Positions 1 through 6,331 of a stretch of 14,202 bases of DNA are shown here, piece after piece. How positions within the stretch are numbered: the stretch's first letter is position 1; every line of letters begins with the position of its first letter. Both the position numbers and the translations under genes were made by a program. This stretch comes from Elusimicrobiales bacterium (GTDB taxonomy: Bacteria > Elusimicrobiota > Elusimicrobia > Elusimicrobiales > UBA9959). Below the pieces are notes generated by a model. The model ran no database searches. It was given only the letters and a program-made list of their open reading frames with translations, and had not been told where the DNA came from. The stretch is from positions 1-14,202 of the forward strand of contig JBMFKQ010000039.1 in assembly GCA_049972095.1 (NCBI GenBank). The letters are read 5' to 3'.

Positions 1-654
1 GACAAAAACTCATCTAAATACAATAATTACTGGCAAAATCAGTCAATAGTATGTAAGGCTTTTGATACAGGTTGGGAAGAGCACTGGGGAGGGCACGGTG
101 GCAGCCCAAGTGAGGTTGAGGCATGCGAGGAGTGTTTAAGATATCACGGCTCATGTAGATATCAATGCTCAGTTCAGATGACAAGATGTGAATCAGAATT
201 CAGGCAGACATCACAGCCATATTATCCATATCCTCCACAGCCTTATCAGCCACAACCTCCTCTAAAATGCGGTGGAAGCAATATGTATGGTACTTATTAT
301 GAAGGTGGTGGGTGCAATATGTATGGATGCTGGTTGCCGGGTGGTGGGTGTAATATGTATGGTTGTTGGGGGCCTGGAGGTCAATGCAATATGTATGGAT
401 GCGTCAATGAAACAGGCAGTCGTCCATGTAAGGAAGATAAATCATCTGATAAAAATAAATCATCTTATGGTAGAGATTATTATTACAGAACTTACTTAGG
501 TGAGCAGAGACCAGATAGAGCAAGCGCAGAAGACTCAGCAATGGTGAGATGTTTTAAGGATAATTGGAATAACTGCTCAATAGGTTATTGCACAATAAGA
601 GACTGCTTTGATGAATCCAGAGTTGTAAAAAGTGGAACCTGCAGAAAAAAATAG
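1..654 (+). CDS. Cys-rich modular hypothetical protein, 5'-truncated by the window edge (probably extracytoplasmic)
   Basis: Frame +1 has no stop from base 1 (DKNSSKYNNYWQNQSIVCKAFDTGWEEHWGGHGGSPSEVEACEECLRYHGSCRYQCSVQ) into the tracked ORF 178..654, so ATG178 is internal. The 217 visible residues contain 19 Cys, a Pro-rich linker and four in-frame NMYG repeats with synonymous third-position variation. TAG stop at 652-654 is followed by a terminator-like hairpin. Confidence 0.85.
   Translation, partial: DKNSSKYNNYWQNQSIVCKAFDTGWEEHWGGHGGSPSEVEACEECLRYHGSCRYQCSVQMTRCESEFRQTSQPYYPYPPQPYQPQPPLKCGGSNMYGTYYEGGGCNMYGCWLPGGGCNMYGCWGPGGQCNMYGCVNETGSRPCKEDKSSDKNKSSYGRDYYYRTYLGEQRPDRASAEDSAMVRCFKDNWNNCSIGYCTIRDCFDESRVVKSGTCRKK
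268..402 (+). repeat. Intragenic 36-bp-period tandem repeat (4 units) encoding GGx[C/S]NMYG[C/T]
   Basis: AATATGTATGG occurs at 280, 316, 352 and 388, exactly 36 bp apart. Units 2 and 4 share the exact 18-mer TGCAATATGTATGGATGC (313-330, 385-402). Units 2 and 3 share GGTGGTGGGTG (304-314, 340-350). Confidence 0.95.
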
Positions 655-677
655 TTTTCTTTATCAGGAAGGCTAAT

Positions 678-741
678 TCAAAAAAAGAGGAAGGGGTGAG
701 GAGAGTAAGTTAAGGGAAAAGCCCCTTCCCTCGTTTTTTGA
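678..741. terminator. Bidirectional intrinsic terminator-like hairpin between convergent genes, with a long (~23 nt) loop
   Basis: Left arm TCAAAAAAAGAGGAAGGGG (678-696) and right arm CCCCTTCCCTCGTTTTTTGA (722-741) are near-perfect inverted repeats with one bulge and one mismatch. A T6 tract follows on + and a T7 tract on -. It lies between the stop at 654 (+) and the ddl stop at 793 (-). Confidence 0.75.
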
Positions 742-792
742 TCTACTGTATTTGTTTGAATGAAAAAAAGTAGGTATAAAATTTTAGAATTT

Positions 793-1845
793 TCATATCT
801 CATAACTTAGTTTATTTTTATTACTATGCCTCTTAAAAGCAAGTTCTATTATCATCTCAATCTGCTTTTGAATGGATAATCCACTATTTTCAAAAAGGCG
901 AGGGAACAAGCTATGAGAGGTAAAGCCAGGAATGGTATTTATCTCGCAAAAATAAAACTCTTGAGTCAAAGGATCCATTAAAAAATCAACCCTTGAAAAA
1001 CCATATCCCCTAACAGCCTTAAAAACCCTTTCAGCCATTTTTTTTATATTCTCTGAAAGGGTTAAACTTAATGGAGAGGGAATTTTAAGCTCCATCCCAT
1101 TATCATCAAGATATTTAGCACTATAATCATAAAACTCATGATTACCCTTAACACAAACCTCTCCACACTGTGATATAAAATTGTTAAATCCATCACCTAT
1201 AACACCCACCACAATCTCTCTTGCTTTTTCAATTGCTTTTTCTATAAGTATTTCCTTCTCATACCTAAATGCCTTTCTTATTGCAGCCTCAAGCTCACTA
1301 TGATTTTTAACCTTTGAAACTCCAACTGATGAGCCAAGTGAATTTGGTTTAACAAATACGGGAAAGCCAATTTTTTCAACATCATCTTTAATCTTCACAA
1401 GATCAAACTCCATCTCATTCAAAAAAATATCATCAAGTACTTTTACTCCAATTCTTGCAGAAAGAATCTTTGAAAGTTTCTTATTCATTGATATAGCAGA
1501 TGAAAGAAGATCACATCCAGTATAAGGAATATTTATGGTTTCAAAAAAGCCTGCAAGTTTTCCATCCTCACCTACATTGCCATGTATTAGTGAAAAACAA
1601 ACATCAACATCCAATCTCTTACCATCAACAATAAAATAACAATCTGTAAAACTATAACTCACACTTTTATTTCTTTGCGGTTTAACACTATCACCTGTAT
1701 AAAACCACCTTCCATCCATATCTACAAAGATGCAAACTACTTCAAATCCATCCATTTTTTTTATGTTTTCAACAACATTAAAAGCAGATTGAACCGAAAC
1801 ATGATGCTCAACGCTTCTTCCACCATAGAAAACTGCCACTTTCAT
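793..1845 (-). CDS. ddl: D-alanine--D-alanine ligase
   Basis: Motifs GGxSxEHxVS, HGxxGEDG, FVKPxxxGSSVG, omega-loop FYDYSAKY, SRVDF and EINTIPGFT. AGGAGG Shine-Dalgarno at 1855-1850. Confidence 0.96.
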   Translation of the reverse strand: MKVAVFYGGRSVEHHVSVQSAFNVVENIKKMDGFEVVCIFVDMDGRWFYTGDSVKPQRNKSVSYSFTDCYFIVDGKRLDVDVCFSLIHGNVGEDGKLAGFFETINIPYTGCDLLSSAISMNKKLSKILSARIGVKVLDDIFLNEMEFDLVKIKDDVEKIGFPVFVKPNSLGSSVGVSKVKNHSELEAAIRKAFRYEKEILIEKAIEKAREIVVGVIGDGFNNFISQCGEVCVKGNHEFYDYSAKYLDDNGMELKIPSPLSLTLSENIKKMAERVFKAVRGYGFSRVDFLMDPLTQEFYFCEINTIPGFTSHSLFPRLFENSGLSIQKQIEMIIELAFKRHSNKNKLSYEI

Positions 1846-1864
1846 TAAACCTCCTAATAATCAA

Positions 1865-2917
1865 TCACCCAACAACACTGTAAATAATCCCCCCACCAAG
1901 AACCCTATTACCTTCATAAAAAACACATGATTGGCCTGGGGTAAGTGCAAACTGTGGTTGATCGAATTCAAACTCAGCTACATCTGAACCAAACCTTATA
2001 ATTCCAGCTGAAGGAGTATGCCTATATCTTATCTGAGCCATAACTCTACTACCATTCTTTATATCAGAAAGTAGATTAATATCCTTTATTATTATTTTCT
2101 TCTTAAAAGCATCTTTATGCTCTCCAACTACTATCTCATTCTCTTTTGGCTTTATATCAATAACATAAAGCCTTCTCCCCGCACAGATACCAAGATTTTT
2201 TCTTTGACCAATAGTATAATTAAAATATCCCTTGTGTCTGCCGACAATCTTTCCTAATGTGTCTCTTATAAAGCCCCAAGAAGAATTTATATACCCCTTC
2301 CTTTTCATAAATAAAGAATATCCTCCCTTTGGAATAAAACATATATCCTTGCTCTCATTATCAGTTTCTAATGGAAGTCCTTCTTTTTCAGCAATTTTTT
2401 TAACATCCTTTTTAAGTAATCCTCCAACAGGAAAGATAATCTTGCCGAGATTTTCTTTCTTTATACAGTAGAGAAAATAGCTTTGATCCTTATTAAGGTC
2501 ATTACCTCTTTCAAGACAGAAACCATTATCCAGTTTTCTTATAATTGCATAATGTCCTGTGGCAAGAAAATCTGCTCCCATAGCATTTGATATTTCAAGA
2601 AGATAAGAGAACTTCAAAAATCTATTACATTCAACACAGGGATTTGGAGTAAAACCTGATATATAAGATTTAACAAAATTATTGATCACATTCTCTTTAA
2701 ATATCTTTCTTGCATCTTTAACATAATGCTTTATGCCTATATAAGAACAGATTCTTCTGAATTTCTCCTCTGACTCATTTCCACCACAGCATTTTATTAA
2801 GTCATTATCAAAAAGTCTAAGATGTATCCCTATAACCTCAAATCCTTGTTTTTTAAGAAGAAGGGCACTTACACTTGAATCCACTCCACCACTCATTGCA
2901 ACAACAACCTTTGCCAT
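1865..2917 (-). CDS. mnmA: tRNA-specific 2-thiouridylase MnmA (CxxC, C-type)
   Basis: PP-loop AMSGGVDSS, TPNPCVECN, ATGHYA, KDQSYFL, SKDICF, YTIGQR, QIRYRH, TPGQ and LGGG. Confidence 0.97.
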   Translation of the reverse strand: MAKVVVAMSGGVDSSVSALLLKKQGFEVIGIHLRLFDNDLIKCCGGNESEEKFRRICSYIGIKHYVKDARKIFKENVINNFVKSYISGFTPNPCVECNRFLKFSYLLEISNAMGADFLATGHYAIIRKLDNGFCLERGNDLNKDQSYFLYCIKKENLGKIIFPVGGLLKKDVKKIAEKEGLPLETDNESKDICFIPKGGYSLFMKRKGYINSSWGFIRDTLGKIVGRHKGYFNYTIGQRKNLGICAGRRLYVIDIKPKENEIVVGEHKDAFKKKIIIKDINLLSDIKNGSRVMAQIRYRHTPSAGIIRFGSDVAEFEFDQPQFALTPGQSCVFYEGNRVLGGGIIYSVVG

Positions 2918-2930
2918 AGAATAATTCTAT
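2916..2930 (-). promoter_or_regulatory. Candidate -10 box (TAGAAT) 6 nt upstream of the mnmA ATG, inside a 7-1-7 palindrome
   Basis: The minus strand reads ATAGAATTATTCTATG, with TAGAAT at 2929-2924 and ATG at 2917. No Shine-Dalgarno is visible in the 57-bp purD-mnmA gap. Confidence 0.4.
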
Positions 2931-2974
2931 TAAATTTAAAATACCCAGATAATCTATGTCAGCTAAGGATGGAT

Positions 2975-4246
2975 CTAAACAGATTCAAAAGATTCCTCTT
3001 CTGCTATATCCTTTCTGAAATAAATATCATCAAAACTTATTTTTTCTACATTTTTATAAACCTTTTCTCTTGCAAGTTTAAAGTTTTTATCAAGCCCAAC
3101 AATATTGAGAATTCTACCACCGTTTGTATAATACTTTGAATCTTCATACCTTGTTCCAGCATAAAATACAAATACATCCTTATCGATCTTATCAAGACCT
3201 TTTATCTCTTTACCTGAGGAAGAAGCAAAAGGATAAGATTTTGAAGAGATAACAACGCATACAGATTTCATATTCTTAATCCTAATTGAATGTCTTTTTA
3301 TAGAACCTTCTGCTACTTCATTCATTATCTCAAGCAGATCATCATCAAGAAGTGGAAGTATTGATTGAGTTTCAGGATCACCAAATCTTACATTAAACTC
3401 AAGAACCTTTGGCCCATCATTTGTTATCATAAGACCAAAATATATAACACCACGATAATCAATCCTCTCCCTGATTATAGCATCCATAAATCTCCATACT
3501 ATCTCCTCATCAATCCTTTTAAGTGTAGCATCATCAAGATTAAGAGGAGATATTGAACCCATACCACCAGTATTTGGACCTTCATTTTTATCAAGAAGCC
3601 TTTTATAATCTCTGGCTATGGGCAACATCAAATACCTCTTACCATCTACAAAACACAAAAGACTTGCTTCTTTTCCCTCAAGATAATCCTCTATAACAAC
3701 CTTCATACCAGAGCTTCCAAATATACCTTTATTCATAAAATCATCCAAAGCAGCATATGTCTCATCATAATCTCTACATATCCTTACTCCTTTCCCTGCA
3801 CATAAACCATCTGCCTTTACAACCAAAGGGTATTTCTCATTCTTTTTGATATACTCAACTGCATAACCGAAATCATAAAAAATCTTAAAATCAGCTGTTG
3901 GTATGTAGTTCCTATACATAAACTCCTTTGCAATCTGCTTTGATGACTCAAGAATTGCGCCCTTTAATCCAGGGCCAAAAACTTTTATATTCTTAGCCCT
4001 AAGCCTGTCAGCAATGCCTTTTGAAAGAGCAAGTTCTGGTCCAACAACAACAAGATCTACCGAGTTTTCTTTAACAAATCTTGATATAGTCTCAAAATCA
4101 AGCATATCAATTGAAAGATTTTTTGAAAAAATCGAAAACGATGAGTTTGACGGCAAAGTATAGAGTTTTTTAAGCATTGGGCTTTGAAGTATCTTAAAAC
4201 ATATCGCATGCTCTCTTCCACCACTTCCTATGACAAGCACATTCAT
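2975..4246 (-). CDS. purD: Phosphoribosylamine--glycine ligase (GAR synthetase)
   Basis: Motifs VLVIGSGGREHA, VVKADGLxAGKGV, DYKR, GPNTGGMG and EFNVRFGDPETQ. The ATG at 4246 (TGATG overlap with the purF stop) is better spaced from AAGGAGG than the GTG at 4249 used in the ORF track. Confidence 0.95.
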   Translation of the reverse strand: MNVLVIGSGGREHAICFKILQSPMLKKLYTLPSNSSFSIFSKNLSIDMLDFETISRFVKENSVDLVVVGPELALSKGIADRLRAKNIKVFGPGLKGAILESSKQIAKEFMYRNYIPTADFKIFYDFGYAVEYIKKNEKYPLVVKADGLCAGKGVRICRDYDETYAALDDFMNKGIFGSSGMKVVIEDYLEGKEASLLCFVDGKRYLMLPIARDYKRLLDKNEGPNTGGMGSISPLNLDDATLKRIDEEIVWRFMDAIIRERIDYRGVIYFGLMITNDGPKVLEFNVRFGDPETQSILPLLDDDLLEIMNEVAEGSIKRHSIRIKNMKSVCVVISSKSYPFASSSGKEIKGLDKIDKDVFVFYAGTRYEDSKYYTNGGRILNIVGLDKNFKLAREKVYKNVEKISFDDIYFRKDIAEEESFESV

Positions 4247-5583
4247 CACCCCTCCTTAACAGGATAGTTCTTATCAAAACATGCTGTGCAGAAATTTTCA
4301 TCACCCCCGCAAGCTTTTTTAAGGCTTTCAAGGGATATGTAGTAAAGCTTATCAACACCTATGAATTTCCTTATACCCTCTATATCCATCCTGTTGGCTA
4401 TAAGTTCATCCTCAGTTGGGGTATCTATACCATAATAACACGGACCTTTTATAGCCGGGCTTCCAACAAGCATATAAATCTCTTTGGCTCCTGCTTTTTT
4501 GAGCTTTGATACTATCCTTCTTGATGTAGTTCCTCTGACTATAGAATCATCTATTAAAATAATCTTTTTTCCTTTTATATTATCCTTTATTGGAGAAAGC
4601 TTTAAATCTGCAATGAACTCCCTAAGCTTTTGACTTGGCTGGATAAAAGAGCGGGGAGCATAATGATTCTTCATAAAAACCGGCATAAATCTAATACCAG
4701 ACTCTGCTGAATAGCCAAGTGCATATGCAACACCTGAATCCGGCACACCGCTTACTAAATCTGCATCTATCTTAAACTCCCTTGCAAGCATCCTTCCACA
4801 AAGATATCTTGCTGAAAAAACGCTCTTGCCACAGACAAACGAATCGGGTCTTGCAAAATAAACCTGCTCAAATATACATCTGAAATATCTTTGAGTTCTA
4901 CCAAAAAACCTTCTTATTATCCTTCCATTAAAAGCCCTTACTATTTCTGCTGGTTTCACCTCACCAAGATAAGAATAACCTATAGAATCAAGTGCAGATG
5001 TTTCAGATGCAAAGGCAAATGATCTTCCATTCTTACCTATAACAAGTGGTCTAAATCCCCATGGGTCCCTTGCTGCAATAACCTCGTTTTTAAAAAGGAA
5101 AACAAAACAATATGCACCTTTTAGTTTTTTAAGCCCATCAATAAGAGCATCAATGAAGGTATTTTCCTTTGAAAATGAGATTAGATGCGCTATTATCTCA
5201 CTGTCAGTTGTTGTTTGAAAGATAGAGCCTTTTGCAGAAAGCTCTGATTTAAGTTGCTTTGAGTTAACTATATTTCCATTATGCGCCACACAAAACTCGC
5301 CAAATCGTGTTCTAAAAAAAAGTGGCTGCGAATTAGTAATTGTAGATGATCCTGTTGTTGAATATCTAACATGCCCTATTGCAGATGAGCCAGAAAGTCT
5401 ATTAATTACATCAACACTAAAAGCCTCTTGAACAAGCCCCATAGAGTTGTAGTATCTATATCCATTATCAGAATAAACAGCAATTCCACAAGACTCTTGC
5501 CCTCTATGTTGAAGTGAATAAAGTGCAATATATGTAATAAACGAAGAACGCTGGCAGGATGTAACTCCAAATATCCCACACAT
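4246..5583 (-). CDS. purF: Amidophosphoribosyltransferase (Fe-S type, no propeptide)
   Basis: N-terminal nucleophile MCGIFG, LQHRGQE, GHVRYST, HNGN, TDSE, PRPP loop IDDSIVRGTT. The four Bacillus-type Fe-S cysteines are present in CIFE, PCYYGID and CTACF. Confidence 0.97.
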   Translation of the reverse strand: MCGIFGVTSCQRSSFITYIALYSLQHRGQESCGIAVYSDNGYRYYNSMGLVQEAFSVDVINRLSGSSAIGHVRYSTTGSSTITNSQPLFFRTRFGEFCVAHNGNIVNSKQLKSELSAKGSIFQTTTDSEIIAHLISFSKENTFIDALIDGLKKLKGAYCFVFLFKNEVIAARDPWGFRPLVIGKNGRSFAFASETSALDSIGYSYLGEVKPAEIVRAFNGRIIRRFFGRTQRYFRCIFEQVYFARPDSFVCGKSVFSARYLCGRMLAREFKIDADLVSGVPDSGVAYALGYSAESGIRFMPVFMKNHYAPRSFIQPSQKLREFIADLKLSPIKDNIKGKKIILIDDSIVRGTTSRRIVSKLKKAGAKEIYMLVGSPAIKGPCYYGIDTPTEDELIANRMDIEGIRKFIGVDKLYYISLESLKKACGGDENFCTACFDKNYPVKEG

Positions 5584-5584
5584 A

Positions 5585-6331
5585 CTATCTTACATAATCA
5601 ACAGCATTTTTAAAAAACTGATATCCAACAGCATCTTTATCACATCCTTTCCATGGAAGCTGAATTGAAAAAAATGCCCTTTCTGGATGAGGCATAAGTC
5701 CAAAAACATTCCCACACTTATTCGTAACACCTGCTATATTCATAAAAGAGCCATTAGGATTATCAATATATATAAGTGCATCAAGGTTAAAATTTTTTAT
5801 TTCCTCTAAAACCTCATCACAAGCAACAAACTTGCCTTCACTATGTGCAACTGGAAGATAAAACTCATCAGGAAGGTTCTTGGTAAAAATGCATGGAGAT
5901 TTTCTGTTGATCCTCAATCTAACCCATTTGCATATAAATTGACCAGAGTCATTGAAATAAAGTGTTATTTGCTGTTTAAAAGAAGGATGTGGTAACAAGC
6001 CACTTTTTGCAAGAACTTGAAAACCATTACAGATACCTATGATAGGTCTTTTTGACTCTATAAACTTCTTAAAATCGCTATAAAGTTTTTTGATTCTAAG
6101 CGCAAATATCTTCCCAGCAGATATATCATCACCAAAAGAAAATCCACCTGGTAATGCAACTATATCAAACCTATCAAGTTTTTCTTTTCCATAAAGAAGC
6201 TCATTTATGTGAAGCCTGTATGTAGAAACTCCTAAAAACCTAAATGCATTTTCAGTTTCAATATCACAGTTAGTTCCACATGCTCTTATAATAGCAACAT
6301 TTATTCTCTTTAAAGAGCTTTTCTTTCCCAT
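5585..6331 (-). CDS. purQ: FGAM synthase glutaminase subunit PurQ
   Basis: GTNCD, PGGFSFGD, catalytic GICNGFQ, AHSEG and GLMPHPER. Overlaps the purL end by 22 bp, with GAGGAG just upstream of the ATG. Confidence 0.96.
   Translation of the reverse strand: MGKKSSLKRINVAIIRACGTNCDIETENAFRFLGVSTYRLHINELLYGKEKLDRFDIVALPGGFSFGDDISAGKIFALRIKKLYSDFKKFIESKRPIIGICNGFQVLAKSGLLPHPSFKQQITLYFNDSGQFICKWVRLRINRKSPCIFTKNLPDEFYLPVAHSEGKFVACDEVLEEIKNFNLDALIYIDNPNGSFMNIAGVTNKCGNVFGLMPHPERAFFSIQLPWKGCDKDAVGYQFFKNAVDYVR

Noticed and set aside
124..147. c-type heme-binding motif
   Set aside because: The sequence is CEECLRYH, not CxxCH.
178..180. ATG178 as the start of the left gene
   Set aside because: The frame is open upstream to base 1 with the same Cys-rich character, and there is no SD before 178.
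268..402. CRISPR array or DGR variable region suggested by the 36-bp periodicity
   Set aside because: The 36 bp is the whole period, with only an 11-bp invariant core and no repeat-spacer structure. Variation respects codons and is not adenine-specific. No cas or reverse transcriptase gene is in the window.
272..499. 75-aa ORF in an alternative + frame
   Set aside because: Shadow of the repeat region. Variation between units is synonymous in frame +1, not in this frame.
793..1845. Vancomycin-resistance type D-Ala-D-Lac or D-Ala-D-Ser ligase
   Set aside because: The omega loop YDYSAKY keeps the Tyr typical of D-Ala-D-Ala ligases, and there are no vanH/X/R/S neighbours.
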